Shown here piece after piece: positions 19,622 through 31,508 of a stretch of DNA of 64,000 bases (within the stretch, counting starts at the first letter, position 1; every line of letters starts with the position of its first letter). The notes beneath the pieces were generated by a model, which searched no databases, was not told the origin of the DNA, and saw only the letters and a program-made list of their open reading frames with translations. The translations under genes were made by a program, and so were the position numbers. The stretch is from Thermodesulfobacteriota bacterium (lineage in GTDB: Bacteria; Desulfobacterota; Desulfobacteria; Desulfobacterales; C00003060), in contig JAXHVD010000015.1 in assembly GCA_034189385.1 (NCBI GenBank), positions 58,497-122,496 of the forward strand, given 5' to 3'.

Positions 19622-22069
19622 TCAGTTTATCCGCATGGGATCCAATGGTTGCTCCTGTTTGGCAATCAACTCAGGAGGAACCATTTTTTCCTCTTCTTGA
19701 AACAGACTTTCACCTGGACCAGTGATGATGGCCTTAGTCAGAACTTCATCCATGTGAGCTGCCGTTATTATCTCAAATTGTTTCAGGATCTTCACGGGAA
19801 TGTCTTTTAGATCCTTTTTGTTTTCCTCAGGAATAATGATCTGAGACATACCTCCACGGTGAGCGGCCAGGATCTTCTCCTTTAGCCCCCCGATAGGCAG
19901 TATCCGGCCACGCAAGGTAATCTCTCCTGTCATGGCCAACCCCCGGTGGACTGGCTTCTTGATTAAGGCAGAGACAATCGCTGTGGCCATGGTGATGCCA
20001 GCAGAGGGCCCATCCTTTGGTGTGGCCCCCTCAGGCACGTGGACATGGATATCAACCTTTCTGTAGAAATGCACATCCAACCCCAGCCTGGCTGCCCTCG
20101 ATCGGACATAGCTCAGCGCGGCTTGGGCAGACTCCTGCATGACCTCTCCCAGTTTTCCTGTAACGGTGAGTTTTCCCTTCCCGGACATGATGACCGTCTC
20201 AATGGCCAAGAGCTCTCCGCCCACCTGTGTCCAGGCCATTCCCGTTGCCAGGCCGATCTCGTCCTTCTCCTCTACCTGTCCATACCTGAACCTCGGGACT
20301 CCGAGGTATTTCTGGATGGATTGCCCCGTTACCTTGACAAAGTCCCTTCCGTCCTCTTTTGTGATCTCTCGTGCCACCTTCCTGCAGATAGAAGCAATCT
20401 CCCGTTCCAGATTCCGCACGCCGGCCTCACGGGTGTATCGACGGATAATCGTCTCAAGGGCTTGGTTGGTAAACTTGATGGCCTTGTCGGACAACCCGTT
20501 CATCTCAGTCTGCTTGGGGACCAGAAAACCCAGGGCAATCTGCAATTTTTCGTACTCCGTGTAACCGGGCAACTGTATGATCTCCATGCGGTCCTGCAAC
20601 GGGGGCGGGACCCCATGGAGGTTGTTGGCCGTGGTGATGAAGAGAATCTCAGAAAGGTCATAATCCACATCAAGATAATGGTCATTGAAGGAATAGTTCT
20701 GTTCAGGGTCCAGGACCTCCAGCAAGGCGGCTGAGGGGTCCCCTCGAAAGTCCATACTCATCTTATCTACTTCATCGAGACAAAAGACCGGATTCTGGAC
20801 CTTTGCTTTTTTAAGGGATTGAACGACCTTCCCTGGCATGGCCCCGATATAGGTGCGTCGATGCCCTCGAATTTCCGCCTCGTCTCGAACGCCGCCCAAA
20901 GACAAGCGGATGAACTCGCGTCCCGTGGCTCTGGCCACGGACTTGGCCAAGGAGGTCTTGCCCACCCCAGGTGGGCCCACCAAGCACAGGATGGGCCCCC
21001 GTATTTTTTTGACTAGTTTCTGCACGGCCAAATATTCCAAAATCCGTTCCTTGGGTTTTTCCAGACCATAATGGTCCTCTTCCAAGATGGCCTCAGCCTG
21101 ATCGATATCCATCCGGAGCTTCGTGCGCTTAAACCACGGAAGCCCAATGAGCCATTCTATGTAATTTCGAACCACGGTCCCCTCTGCGGACATAGGGGCC
21201 ATGAGTTTGAGCTTCTTGAACTCCTGCCTGACCTTGGATGCCGCTTCCTTGGACATCCGTTTGCGCTTGATACGGCTCTCCAGTTCATCAAGGTCGCTCT
21301 TGTGATCATCCTTGGCCCCCATCTCCTTCTGGATGGCCCGCATCTGTTCATTGAGGTAATAATCTCGCTGGGTCTTTTCCATCTGCTTCTTGACCCGGCC
21401 CTTGATCCGTTGTTCCATCTTGTAGATCTCGATCTCCTCTTCCATGAGGCGAAAGAGCAGAGACATCCGTTCAACGGGCGAGACTGTCTCCAAGAGTTGC
21501 TGCTTGTCCTGAAGCTTGAAGCTAAAATGGGCAGACACGGTATCGGCTAGTTGCGACATGTCCTTGATGGCCGAGACATTGCTAATGATGTCCTTTGAGA
21601 TGTTCTTATTGATCTTGGCATACTCTTCAAAGGCCTCCACTACGGTACGGGTGATGGCCTTCTTCTCAACGACGCGCGTCTCGGGCTCGACAAGGGGTTC
21701 AATCTCGGCCACAAAATACTTCTCTTTGGGAATAAAATGGGCCATACGCGCCCGGCGCTTCCCTTCCACCAGCGCCTTAACTGTTCCGTCTGGCAGGCGA
21801 AGCAGCTGCAAAACCGTGCCAATCGTCCCAACGGTATATACGTCATCTTCCCCTGGTGTATCTACGGCAGCATTCTTCTGGGTGGCCAGGAAGACCTGCT
21901 TGTCCAGGTTCATGGCACTGGACAAGGCGTTTACGGATTTTCCTCGACCAACAAAGAGAGGGACCACCATGTGAGGAAAGATAACCACATCCCTCAAGGG
22001 GAGAAACGGCAGGGTAATTCTTTCTTTTGGGTCATACATGGTCTTTTTCCTATTTAGTATGTTGAACAT
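19622..22069 (-). CDS. lon: ATP-dependent protease Lon
   Basis: [11 protein letters not shown]-domain, [17 protein letters not shown] catalytic Ser; start uncertain (22069 or 22039). Confidence 0.97.
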   Translation of the reverse strand: MFNILNRKKTMYDPKERITLPFLPLRDVVIFPHMVVPLFVGRGKSVNALSSAMNLDKQVFLATQKNAAVDTPGEDDVYTVGTIGTVLQLLRLPDGTVKALVEGKRRARMAHFIPKEKYFVAEIEPLVEPETRVVEKKAITRTVVEAFEEYAKINKNISKDIISNVSAIKDMSQLADTVSAHFSFKLQDKQQLLETVSPVERMSLLFRLMEEEIEIYKMEQRIKGRVKKQMEKTQRDYYLNEQMRAIQKEMGAKDDHKSDLDELESRIKRKRMSKEAASKVRQEFKKLKLMAPMSAEGTVVRNYIEWLIGLPWFKRTKLRMDIDQAEAILEEDHYGLEKPKERILEYLAVQKLVKKIRGPILCLVGPPGVGKTSLAKSVARATGREFIRLSLGGVRDEAEIRGHRRTYIGAMPGKVVQSLKKAKVQNPVFCLDEVDKMSMDFRGDPSAALLEVLDPEQNYSFNDHYLDVDYDLSEILFITTANNLHGVPPPLQDRMEIIQLPGYTEYEKLQIALGFLVPKQTEMNGLSDKAIKFTNQALETIIRRYTREAGVRNLEREIASICRKVAREITKEDGRDFVKVTGQSIQKYLGVPRFRYGQVEEKDEIGLATGMAWTQVGGELLAIETVIMSGKGKLTVTGKLGEVMQESAQAALSYVRSRAARLGLDVHFYRKVDIHVHVPEGATPKDGPSAGITMATAIVSALIKKPVHRGLAMTGEITLRGRILPIGGLKEKILAAHRGGMSQIIIPEENKKDLKDIPVKILKQFEIITAAHMDEVLTKAIITGPGESLFQEEEKMVPPELIAKQEQPLDPMRIN

Positions 22070-22394
22070 TACTTTCTTCCAAACAGACACGTGAACACCG
22101 AACAATAGAGGACTTTACGCCCAGAACCCTGACCAGCGCCTCTGTTACATCAAAGGGGCGGCAACGGAAAGACAACCGCCTGTGGGGCTATTGTTGCCAC
22201 GCTCCGAACCTAACACCCTCTTTGTCTTCCCCTGATCTGCCGATGATGGTCCCAACAGACGTCGAATACCCCTGACGCCCCCCATGGAAAGGAAGAGCCG
22301 GTTCTTTGGAGCTCGACGTTGGAGTATATGACAACTGTACAAGGACGAACGGCCCTGTGTTCAGGCAGGGGGTTGATGAAGACAGAAAAACGCA

Positions 22395-23657
22395 TTACTG
22401 GGAAAGTGCCCGCTCCTGGGACTGCTCCAACAGAAGAATGGGCTGCTCATTGTGAAGAATAACGTCCTCGTTTATCACACACTCCTTTACCCCGCTCATG
22501 GAAGGGATATCATACATGATGTCGAGCATAGTAGACTCCATGATGGCCCTAAGCCCCCTTGCGCCAGACTTGCGCTCCAGGGATCGCTTGGCAATCGCCT
22601 GTAAACCACTATCGGTGAAACGAAGCGTCACATTTTCGAATTCTAGGAGCTTTTGGAACTGCTTCACCAAGGCATTCTTCGGTTCCGTGAGTATCTTGAC
22701 AAGGGCGGCTTCATCTAGTTCGCCCAACGTACCGATCACCGGCAGTCTGCCTACAAACTCGGGAATCAAGCCGAATTTCAAGAGATCTTCGGGCTGAACC
22801 AGCTTGAGTGTCTCTCCAACATTCCGTTCCTTTGCACTCTGGATTTCCGCACCAAAACCCATTACCTTGTTTCCCAACCTGCTTTGTATCATCTCATCAA
22901 GGCCGTTAAAGGTGCCTCCACATATAAACAGGATGTTAGAGGTGTCGACCTTGACAAAATCCTGTTGGGGATGTTTTCGCCCCCCCTTGGGTGGGACACT
23001 TGCAGTGGTGCCTTCTATAATCTTGAGAAGGGCCTGCTGCACCCCTTCGCCGGACACATCCCGCGTAATAGAAGGGTTGTCTGCTCTGCGGGCGATTTTA
23101 TCAATCTCGTCAATATAGACGATGCCCCTGGACGTCCTTTCCAGATCATAGTCGGCATTCTGAAGTAGAGACAGGATGATGTTTTCAACGTCCTCACCCA
23201 CATAACCTGCCTCGGTCAAAGACGTGGCATCTGCAATGGTAAAGGGGACATTCAGAAATCTGGCCAAGGTCTGTGCCAAGAGGGTCTTCCCGCAACCCGT
23301 GGGCCCGATCAAAAGCACATTGCTTTTTTGCAGTTCCACATCACCGCTGTTGTCAGGAGCCTCGAGGCGCTTGTAGTGGTTGTAAACAGCCACAGAGAGG
23401 ATCTTTTTTGCGTGTTCCTGCTCGATCACATATTGGTCTAAACTCGTCTTGATTGCAGAAGGTGTGGGAAACTCCCCCTTCTGACGGGTCTCAATCTCCT
23501 TCTCATACTCCTCTTCAATGATCTCATTACACAGTTCAATACACTCATCACAAATGTAGACGGCCGGCCCGGCAATGAGCTTCTTGACTTCTTCCTGACT
23601 TTTGCCGCAAAACGAACACCTCAAACCATCACCGTCCACACCCCTTCGTTTGGCCAT
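22395..23657 (-). CDS. clpX: Clp protease ATP-binding subunit ClpX
   Basis: CSFCGK...ICDEC zinc finger, [25 protein letters not shown] loop. Confidence 0.97.
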   Translation of the reverse strand: MAKRRGVDGDGLRCSFCGKSQEEVKKLIAGPAVYICDECIELCNEIIEEEYEKEIETRQKGEFPTPSAIKTSLDQYVIEQEHAKKILSVAVYNHYKRLEAPDNSGDVELQKSNVLLIGPTGCGKTLLAQTLARFLNVPFTIADATSLTEAGYVGEDVENIILSLLQNADYDLERTSRGIVYIDEIDKIARRADNPSITRDVSGEGVQQALLKIIEGTTASVPPKGGRKHPQQDFVKVDTSNILFICGGTFNGLDEMIQSRLGNKVMGFGAEIQSAKERNVGETLKLVQPEDLLKFGLIPEFVGRLPVIGTLGELDEAALVKILTEPKNALVKQFQKLLEFENVTLRFTDSGLQAIAKRSLERKSGARGLRAIMESTMLDIMYDIPSMSGVKECVINEDVILHNEQPILLLEQSQERALSQ

Positions 23658-23795
23658 GGGCTCCTCCCCATATATTTTCTATAATAACAATGAGTTTCCT
23701 TCTTTCGGGGATTTGCAGCTTCTGTCGGCCCCCTTCCCAGAGGAACTCAGGCGATGCAAAAAGCCGCCCCCCCTTAAAAGGGCCTCATGCCTTTC

Positions 23796-23824
23796 ATTAT
23801 AATAACACTTAGGCAAAAGGGCAA
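23796..23824 (-). promoter_or_regulatory. Putative internal sigma70 promoter for clpX
   Basis: Minus strand TTGCCC-N17-TATAAT. Confidence 0.5.
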
Positions 23825-23894
23825 CGCAAAAACCGAACCTTTTTCCACCCCAACGGGTCCATGGGGATGGCTGAATCAAGGCAACCGCTCGGAA

Positions 23895-24503
23895 TCACTT
23901 GTCCTTGTCCGCCGCCTTCACTTCCCTCTGCGCAATGACCTGATCCACAATGCCGTACTCTTTGGCCTCTTGTCCGCTCATAAAGAAGTCCCGATCCGAG
24001 TCGCTCCGGATCCTTTCAATGTCTTGATGGGTGTGGAAGGCAAGGAGTTCATTCAAAGATTCACGCATCCGCAGGATCTCCTTTGCCTGGATCGCCACGT
24101 CTGACGCCTGCCCCTGAAACGATCCCATGGGTTGATGGATAAGGATCCTGGCATTGGGCAGTGCGTAGCGCTTCCCCTCAGTGCCGGCCGCCAGGAGTAC
24201 TGCGCCCATACTGGCTGCTTGGCCCATACACAAGGTACATATATCAGGCTTGATGTAGCGCATCGTGTCATAGATAGCCAAGCCTGCCGTCACCATGCCT
24301 CCAGGTGAATTGATATAGAAATTAATGTCCTTGTCCGGGTCTTCCGATTCCAAAAAAAGCAGCTGGGCGATCAGAAGATTGGCAAGTTCATCGTTTACGT
24401 GTGTTCCCAGAAAAATGATCCGGTCTTTTAAGAGCCTCGAGTAAATGTCATAGGCTCTTTCCCCTCGACTGCTTTGTTCAATTACCATTGGGATTAGCGG
24501 CAT
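23895..24503 (-). CDS. clpP: Clp protease proteolytic subunit ClpP
   Basis: [31 protein letters not shown]. Confidence 0.97.
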   Translation of the reverse strand: MPLIPMVIEQSSRGERAYDIYSRLLKDRIIFLGTHVNDELANLLIAQLLFLESEDPDKDINFYINSPGGMVTAGLAIYDTMRYIKPDICTLCMGQAASMGAVLLAAGTEGKRYALPNARILIHQPMGSFQGQASDVAIQAKEILRMRESLNELLAFHTHQDIERIRSDSDRDFFMSGQEAKEYGIVDQVIAQREVKAADKDK

Positions 24504-24538
24504 TACGATCTTCTCCTTACGTGTCCTTAATGTTGGGT

Positions 24539-25882
24539 CTATGCTGTCTCCCTGTCCTCTGGCGGCTCCTTTTCCACGGTATCCCCTTGGGCCTCCACTT
24601 TCTCAATATCACTCTTTGCCGTAATGTGCCTCACGGCTTCTTTTTCAAGGATCTTTTGCTCAAAAACCTTGTAAGAATCCCTGTAACTGCCATGGAATTG
24701 CTTGATGGTGTCAATTGGCTGCCCCATGGCCTCGGACAAATCTGCATAGCCCTTATCCACGAGTTCGTCTGTCACGGCGATCTCTTCCTGCTCAATCACT
24801 TTTTGCAGCAGCAGGTATTCTCGGACCTTTCTTTCGGCAACCGGCCGAAACTTCTCAGAAAGCCCCTCTGGAGTCTGGCCCGATTCCTCTAACGACATGC
24901 CTCTCTGGGCCATGGCGTTCTGGGCATCCACGACCAGGGCCGAGAGTTCCTCCTCCACCAGCCCCTCAGGCAACTCAAAATCAGATTGCGCCACCAGCGT
25001 ATCAACGACGTCCTCACGAAGTTCCCTCTCAGACTGGATCTCGTACCTCCGTTCCAGTCCCTTCTTGATCGTCTCCTTTAGCGCCTCCAGGGTCTCGTAC
25101 TGTCCGAGCCTTTTGGCAAAGGTGTCATCCATTTCAGGCAAAATCTCTTCTTTGATCTCCTTTAAGCAAACTTCAAAGCGGACCTCCAGGCCGGCCAGGT
25201 CCTTGTTGTAATAGTCCTCTGGAAAAGAGATGTCGAACTCTGTCGTGCTGTTTGGCTCCATTCCCACGAGATTCTTGTCAAAATCTTCTAATATGCGCCC
25301 TGATCCGACCTCCACCTGAAAATTTTCTGTCTTGCCGGCTGCTTCAAAGGGCTTGCCGTCCCTAAACCCCTCATAGTCTATGATGACAATATCTCCATCG
25401 CGAACGGCCCTGTTCTCCTTAACGGTTTTCAACTCAGCGTTTTGTTTCTGGAGCATCTTCAGTTGGGTCTCAATCTCTTCGTCCGTGACCGTGTGAACCA
25501 TCTGCTTGAACTTCAAACCATCCAGATTCAAATCCTCTATGACGGGGCACACCTCCACGGTCACTGAATAGTGATAGGGATGTCCCTTTTCGAGATCCTG
25601 TGGGTCAATAGCGGGTTCTCCAAGGGGCACCAACTCGGTTTCACGCAACGCCTCACCATAGGAACTCTGGATCAGTTGTCCAGCGACGTCGGCATGTACT
25701 TCATTGGCGAACCGTCGCTCCAAAATCGCACGGGGCACTTTTCCCGGCCGAAAGCCTTTGATTCTTGCCTGATTCTTCAGCGTCCCATAGGCCTTCTCCA
25801 CTTCCCTGGTCACATCCTCTTCAGGAATCTCCACGTGGAGGATTTTCTTCACTGGGCTTATGTCTTCAACATGAACTTTCAT
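24539..25882 (-). CDS. tig: Trigger factor
   Basis: GFRPGKVP ribosome-binding motif, FKBP domain; start set to MKVHVED. Confidence 0.95.
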   Translation of the reverse strand: MKVHVEDISPVKKILHVEIPEEDVTREVEKAYGTLKNQARIKGFRPGKVPRAILERRFANEVHADVAGQLIQSSYGEALRETELVPLGEPAIDPQDLEKGHPYHYSVTVEVCPVIEDLNLDGLKFKQMVHTVTDEEIETQLKMLQKQNAELKTVKENRAVRDGDIVIIDYEGFRDGKPFEAAGKTENFQVEVGSGRILEDFDKNLVGMEPNSTTEFDISFPEDYYNKDLAGLEVRFEVCLKEIKEEILPEMDDTFAKRLGQYETLEALKETIKKGLERRYEIQSERELREDVVDTLVAQSDFELPEGLVEEELSALVVDAQNAMAQRGMSLEESGQTPEGLSEKFRPVAERKVREYLLLQKVIEQEEIAVTDELVDKGYADLSEAMGQPIDTIKQFHGSYRDSYKVFEQKILEKEAVRHITAKSDIEKVEAQGDTVEKEPPEDRETA

Positions 25883-25908
25883 CAAATTCCTTTCCATTTC
25901 CATCCACT

Positions 25909-25994
25909 TGGTGCGAGAGGCGGGATTTGAACCCGCAAGGCACGAAGCCGCTGGATCCTAAGTCCAGTGCGTTTGCCAATTTCGCCACTCTCGC
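25909..25994 (-). tRNA. tRNA-Leu(TAG)
   Basis: GCGAGAGTGGCGAAATTGGCAAACGCACTGGACTTAGGATCCAG, long variable arm, CCA end; usual position upstream of tig. Confidence 0.96.
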
Positions 25995-26334
25995 CCAAAG
26001 AGAATTGATTTTTCCCGCAAGAAGTACTATTCCCCACGGTGATCAGTCACGACTGACTCTGTGGCCAGAGGGGACTGGTATGCGATCTTGATTTAGAGAT
26101 GACCGTTTTCTCGTAAGGTCAAAAAAACAAGGGGTTTTGCAGCGATTTGCCTTGTGTGGCGGAGCAAGGAGCCCTTGATGGATGAAATCAGGTAACTTCT
26201 TGCCAACACAAGAGATCGACTCATTTAGAAAATGTCTCTCTAAACTCTGGAAAATAGAACAAAAATCAGCTTCTGTCAAGGGGAATTCAGCCAGAGGCCC
26301 TGCTCGGAAGGCTGCCCGACCATCTATTGGGCCA

Positions 26335-27078
26335 ATGATGTCACACAAAAAATATGCCCTCCTTTTCATCTTCGTCATGTCCGTCTCCTTCACGGGCATG
26401 GCACGGGCCCAGGACCCATCTTCTCTACCAGGCCTCGTCGGCCGCAAGGTCATTGTCCTGGACCCAGGACATGGCGGCCATGACCATGGTGCTGTGGGGC
26501 CATCGGGTCTGGCCGAGAAGACGGTGGCCCTGAACCTGGCCATGAAAATAAAAGAGACGCTGGGGAAAGACTATACCGTTCACTTGACCCGGAACGGGGA
26601 CTATTGGCTCAACATTGAAAACCGCACGGCCATGGCAAATCACCACCGGGCAGATCTCTTTTTAAGCCTCCACACAGGGGGAAGTTCCCATCACCAGGCC
26701 CGAGGCATGGCCCTCTATTATTTCGGCCTTGGCCAAGGATTGGCCTCACAGGAAAGAGGGCCTGTGGCAGAAACTGGAGAAAGACTCCTCTCCTGGGATC
26801 ATGTCCAAGGGATCCATGCAACCAAGAGCAAGCTCCTGGCAAATCTTGTTCATGGCCACCTTCTTGCACGATTGAACCCTATGGACAGGGGCATTCATGA
26901 AGCCCCCTGCCTGGTTCTCAGGGGGGCAGACATGCCCGCCATTTTGATGGAAGCAGGCTACGTAAGCCATCCTGAGGAAGAAAAGGAACTCAACGATCCT
27001 GAAATCATCGCCGCCGTTGCCGAAGCCATTGGTCAAGGGATCAGGGCGTTCTTTAGAAACCAATCGTTGCATCCATGA
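26335..27078 (+). CDS. N-acetylmuramoyl-L-alanine amidase (Amidase_3)
   Basis: [24 protein letters not shown]; signal peptide. Confidence 0.9.
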   Translation: MMSHKKYALLFIFVMSVSFTGMARAQDPSSLPGLVGRKVIVLDPGHGGHDHGAVGPSGLAEKTVALNLAMKIKETLGKDYTVHLTRNGDYWLNIENRTAMANHHRADLFLSLHTGGSSHHQARGMALYYFGLGQGLASQERGPVAETGERLLSWDHVQGIHATKSKLLANLVHGHLLARLNPMDRGIHEAPCLVLRGADMPAILMEAGYVSHPEEEKELNDPEIIAAVAEAIGQGIRAFFRNQSLHP

Positions 27079-27107
27079 AAAAGGCATGATAGGAGAAGAG
27101 GCTGAGA

Positions 27108-27186
<79 letters not shown>

Positions 27187-27217
27187 TAGACATTCTCTTC
27201 CTTCTGAGAAGATTGCC

Positions 27218-27283
27218 GTTGGTATCACCAACAACCTTTCTCGCCGCCTTCAAGAGCATCGATCAGGCAAAACAAAAAGCAGC
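27218..27283 (+). pseudogene. Fragment of GIY-YIG (UPF0213-like) nuclease
   Basis: [21 protein letters not shown] resembles the YxG.T.nL.rRl.eH motif; no start and no C-terminal half. Confidence 0.5.
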
Positions 27284-27651
27284 CACCGTGTGAGAGATCC
27301 ATATCGTCTGTGCCTGTCTGTGTGCGTCTGTGGCAAAACATTCCTCGTAGTTTTTGAGCCCAAGATAGGCCGTTCTACGATTTGTTACCCGTGAGAATCC
27401 TTGACAAAAATGCTCCGTAGTGGTAGGGTCCCTGGCGACTTACGTTGTAGCCCATTGACCCTAACCAAGAGGGTGCCATGAAGTGATTGTTAAGACCCTG
27501 TTTCTCCTAAAGAGAGGCGGGGTTTTGTGCTTCCAGAGATCTGTAATGTGCTCGGCTAACGACAGGTTTGAGTTTATAAAGAAAGGGTTTGAGAAGTTGA
27601 GACACTGTTTTGGCACCTGAAGCAGTATCGGTTCTGCCGAGGGGCAGGTTC

Positions 27652-28036
27652 ATGACAGGTAAGCATGACATAGTTCCGGTTCAGCAGGTTAAAAGGACTA
27701 TTTTGCTGGTGCGAGGTCAAAGGGTGATACTGGACGCCGACCTTGCGAAGCTCTATGGGGTCCAGAATAAGGTTTTCGCGAACGCTTCCGTATGCTTTCG
27801 GGGAACATGGGGCCATCATGGCTGCCAGCGTCCTCAATACGCCAAGGGGCATAGAGGCCAGTATCCTCGTGGTGCGGGCGTTCGTGAAGCTTCGAGAACT
27901 GCTGGCAACCCATAAGCAACTGGCACGGAAGTTCCGGGAACTGGAGAAGCATATCAAAGATCATGATGGGAAGATTGAGGTCATTTTTAAGGCAATTCGC
28001 CAACTCATGGCACCGCCTGAGAAGCCCAAGAGGATT
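27652..28036 (+). pseudogene. ORF6N-domain DNA-binding protein, internally deleted and frameshifted
   Basis: RGQRVILDADLAKLYGV in one frame, LPYAFGEHGAIMAASVLNTPRG...VRAFVKLR in another; the intervening part is missing. Confidence 0.75.
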
Positions 28037-28382
28037 CACGCCGTTAAACGTCGGTTTCCCGCATGTTCTTCAAGAGCCATATGGCGCAGAGCCGGAGCCG
28101 CATGTTAGCACTCAATTCTCCTGCCCTGTGTTTAACTGGGGAGATAGGTTTTGAGGTCAAGGAAAAGCGTGCGGTCTAAGGTAAGCGCAAGAAAGGGAAG
28201 AACTGAGGCCCGGTGAACCGGAGCACGGGTGTGGATATCTGAATGATGAGACAAGTCATGGTTCGAATTCAACCTATGATCAGATAACGGGGCAGATCGT
28301 TAACATGATCGGCAAACCGAATAATTAATATTTAAGATCTGACCCTGGGCTCTGGGCTTTCTCCGTTAAGTGCTAAAAATTA

Positions 28383-28601
28383 ATGAGCCTTAAATTCAAG
28401 GAAAAATTTATTCGCTTTGGGCTTGTTGTAGTTGCTTTAATTGTGATCGGGACAGGTCTGATCCCATTACTATTTCAAGGTGATCTTTTTTATTCGAATT
28501 GGTGGGGAGGGCTTGTGTTTGCGCCAGTGGCTGTACTGGCAGGACTGTTCTTTTTGTATTTGGTTCTATTCAAATTCGGAAAAATAAACAAATTGAAATA
28601 G
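28383..28601 (+). CDS. Small two-TM membrane protein, integron gene-cassette ORF
   Basis: AT-rich; starts shortly after core site GTTAAGT (28365); followed by attC. Confidence 0.7.
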   Translation: MSLKFKEKFIRFGLVVVALIVIGTGLIPLLFQGDLFYSNWWGGLVFAPVAVLAGLFFLYLVLFKFGKINKLK

Positions 28602-28659
28602 ACTCAATTGCGATGATTCAATCCTAAAATTGAGTCTCCTTCTATTAAACTAAGGCCGC

Positions 28660-28721
28660 ACTTAACATAGCGCTGGAGATGACGCGCAAAAACCGCGCGC
28701 GTCTCAGCTCAACCGTTATAT
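28660..28721 (+). mobile_element. Integron attC recombination site
   Basis: R'' ACTTAAC, 5-nt spacer, L'' GCTGGAGATGACGCGC pairing with L' GCGCGTCTCAGC, 6-nt spacer, R' GTTATAT; 62 bp. Confidence 0.85.
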
Positions 28722-28734
28722 GCGAAATGGGACT

Positions 28735-29157
28735 TTATCGGTTTCGTGAGTTTGCGAGGACAAGGTTTACCTTTAGACCGGAGATCCGCTTGAAATGTCG
28801 AAGGTTCCCGGTAACAAGCTCCAAATTATGGCCAATGGCTGTAGCCGCAATTTGAATGTCAGCATCAGGAAGGATCATACCTGTGTCTTCGAGATGAGCG
28901 CGGATGCTACCAAAAACCTTAGCAATGCCGATGTCGTAAGGCAGAACTGTGACGGCGGGCAAAACTCGCTGCTCGATATTTGATATGTGGCGTTCGCGGT
29001 CATTGGAACGATAGGCACCTTTGTATAATTCGCCTATCACAACAGCACTCGTGAATTGCTCTTCGCGAGCCACTCCCATTATCCATTTCACATAGGCTGT
29101 TGCGGGGCGTGGCCGGAGAAGCTCCGAAATTGCATCAGTGTCAAAGAGGAATGCCAT
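28735..29157 (-). CDS. vapC: PIN-domain toxin (VapC family)
   Basis: FLFDTDAISE, E in IGEL, DIQIAATA, LVTGNLRHF. Confidence 0.92.
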   Translation of the reverse strand: MAFLFDTDAISELLRPRPATAYVKWIMGVAREEQFTSAVVIGELYKGAYRSNDRERHISNIEQRVLPAVTVLPYDIGIAKVFGSIRAHLEDTGMILPDADIQIAATAIGHNLELVTGNLRHFKRISGLKVNLVLANSRNR

Positions 29158-29159
29158 AG

Positions 29160-29441
29160 TCAGCGTTCGAGATCAGGCGTGCTTCGTTGTCCCTGCCGAG
29201 GGGAGGCGTCAAGTATTGAAGCTAATTCTTCGCTATTCTCCCAACCGCCGGCAATACTGGCGAGCCCACTGTCCGGACCTGCTTTCCTCAAGCGTTCAAG
29301 GTGTTCGAGATCGCTGGGGCTAACAAGAGCGGCGACTGGTTTCCCGTGCCTTGTAATGAGCACTGCGTTGCCCGCTTCAACTTTGCGGATGCATTCTGAG
29401 AAGGTGGCTTTTGCCTCGGCCACGGATATATTGTCTTCCAT
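29160..29441 (-). CDS. Phd/YefM-family antitoxin
   Basis: ISVAEAKATFSECI...VLITRHGKPVAALV; directly upstream of the PIN toxin. Confidence 0.92.
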   Translation of the reverse strand: MEDNISVAEAKATFSECIRKVEAGNAVLITRHGKPVAALVSPSDLEHLERLRKAGPDSGLASIAGGWENSEELASILDASPRQGQRSTPDLER

Positions 29442-29456
29442 AATCGGCCTCCTTTT

Positions 29457-29490
29457 TGACCATTATGACCATTATGACCAGAATGTCAAG
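29457..29490 (-). promoter_or_regulatory. TA promoter overlapped by 9-bp tandem repeats (likely operator)
   Basis: TGACCATTA-TGACCATTA-TGACCAGAA; minus strand TTGACA-N16-CATAAT. Confidence 0.65.
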
Positions 29491-30212
29491 GGCTGAGTTG
29501 AAAAATCACATAGCGGGATAGGGAGAGGCCTCGAGGCACCGCCCACCCACAGCTTCCCTTGAGGTTGGACCATGGCAACTGGTAGTGATGGCAGGATATA
29601 GTGGTGAAAATGGCCCGTAAATAGGCCTTGGAGTAGGGTTTTTGATACTAAAATTGGGCTTCTAAGATCAGGAAAAGAAGGTTCCAACAGGGCAACCAAG
29701 GGGGGGACCTTGGGTACATACCCCCGCCCTTAGTGATTCAGAGATGGACTCAGAGAATTTTTGCAAAATTCAGCCCCCAGGCAAAACCTTTGTGAATGCT
29801 GCTGGTTGCACCATACGGCCCAAATATTGGTAAAATAGGCAAAATACGCCTTTATTACCTAGTCCAACTTTTGAGGCTATTGACCAAAAAGGAGTTATTA
29901 GGCAGATCTAACTTGACCGAGTGACTGAACTCCTATCGTTTCTTACATGCCCGAATGTTTTGTCAGAGATGGCATAGGGCTAATCATTAGAACACTGGCA
30001 AAAGTAAGGCTGAGAACAGGCGTAGGGACATCCTGGTTTTTGAATAGATATTCAGGTATTCTCACGGAGAGAGTTTGGTTGATTATCCCATATATGGTCT
30101 CACTGGTACGGGTTTGACTTGCGGGTAGAACATTTACATTTACTTGACGAACACAATGGGACGAACGCTTGAGCGTTTCGATGCCGTGAAGGTCCTTTGT
30201 AAGGAGGACGTT

Positions 30213-31508
30213 GTGCAGAGGTGCTTTTCTATTGGAATAGTCCTGTTGGCAGGGATCTTGCTCACCAACAATGCCTTTGCTGTCATCCAAATCCATGCAG
30301 ATGTGCCTGTAATCCGTTTAGATCCTACTGCAGTGACCACATGGGAAGAACGTGGTCAAATGATGGGTGATGCCGTCAAGGCAGAGTTTCCGAATATTGA
30401 ACACACGATTGATAGTTATTTGGCGGATCTTGTTGAATATCAGCAGGCGATTTTCGACAACTATATTCGAAGAATGCCAAAGATAAGAGACAATATTTCC
30501 CAAGCCTATGTCGAGGAAGTGAATGGCCTGTATTCTCGATTCACGAGTATTTCGGAGACATCTATACTTGGAGACGGCCTTCTGTCCCACGAGGAGTTTT
30601 GGGGGTTTCAGTTGATACCAGATATTGGAAGATGGACTAACTGCTCCGGTTTTGGGGTCTTCGGAGATTATTCATCTTCCGGGAAGCCGATAGTGGGGAG
30701 AAATCTGGATTGGCCCGTCACAAATGATGCCAAGCAAATCCAAGCCATAATAGTTTATCAGTGGGGAGAGGGAGTTGAAGTTGTCAACATAGGTTTTGCA
30801 GGATTTCTGGGTGTGATAACAGGATACAACAGTAGTGGCCTTTTTGCAGGAATATTCGATTCTGATATGGGGGGAGCCTATCCTACTCTTACCAACCAAC
30901 GCTCTTACGTCTTTGATCTAAGATATGTCTTGGAGAGTTTTTCTTCAATTGCCCATGCATCCAATTACTTGTCTAGTCAACCCTATGCCTTCAGTCATAA
31001 TATACTCCTTGCCGACAAAACAGATGTTCAGGTTTTGGAACACCCGGAAGGCGTAAATGGCCAACTCAGAACTGCCACGACTCCACTGCGCAGTGACATA
31101 TCGTGGGCCAAGACAAATCAGATAGCTGTGGTGAATTTCTTCGCATCCCAGGGCTTTTCGAATGGGGCTAGAAGTTGGAACTATAATCGTTGGGATCGTC
31201 TTAGAACGCTAGCCAAGTTTGACGATATCAGCAAGGCAACTGTGGACGAGGTCAAATCGGTCATGCACGATACTGCCAACGGGCCGTACAATCAGATATT
31301 TAACAGGTTAACCGTGCAATCTATGGTCTTTACTCCAGGCGATGGGGCTTCTGATGGCCATTTGCACCTGTCTATTACCAGTAGTGGTCACGCTGATGGT
31401 GGCGGTGACGGCGAAGGAGCAGAAGGCTCCAACAGCAACGGCGGGGGAAAAGCCTCGAGCAGCGGCGGGTGACTCATTGAGACTGTCGCCACCGGTCTTC
31501 GGTGGTAG
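30213..31508 (+). CDS. Secreted C45-family (Ntn-hydrolase) peptidase/acyltransferase; ends at 31472 if TGA is a stop, at 31508 if read as Sec
   Basis: AAGGAGG RBS plus GTG; signal peptide ending AFA; NCSGF nucleophile, GRNLDW, TGYNSSGL; Gly/Ser-rich tail then TGA-LIETVATGLRW-TAG. Confidence 0.75.

Noticed and set aside
28105..28131. TTAGCACTC, the left half of a CIRCE (HrcA) element
   Set aside because: The right half GAGTGCTAA is absent at 9-nt spacing and no heat-shock gene follows.
29500..29560. Expected attC closing the TA cassette
   Set aside because: No ATATAAC inverse core or paired L boxes found; only a weak CACATAGC resemblance.
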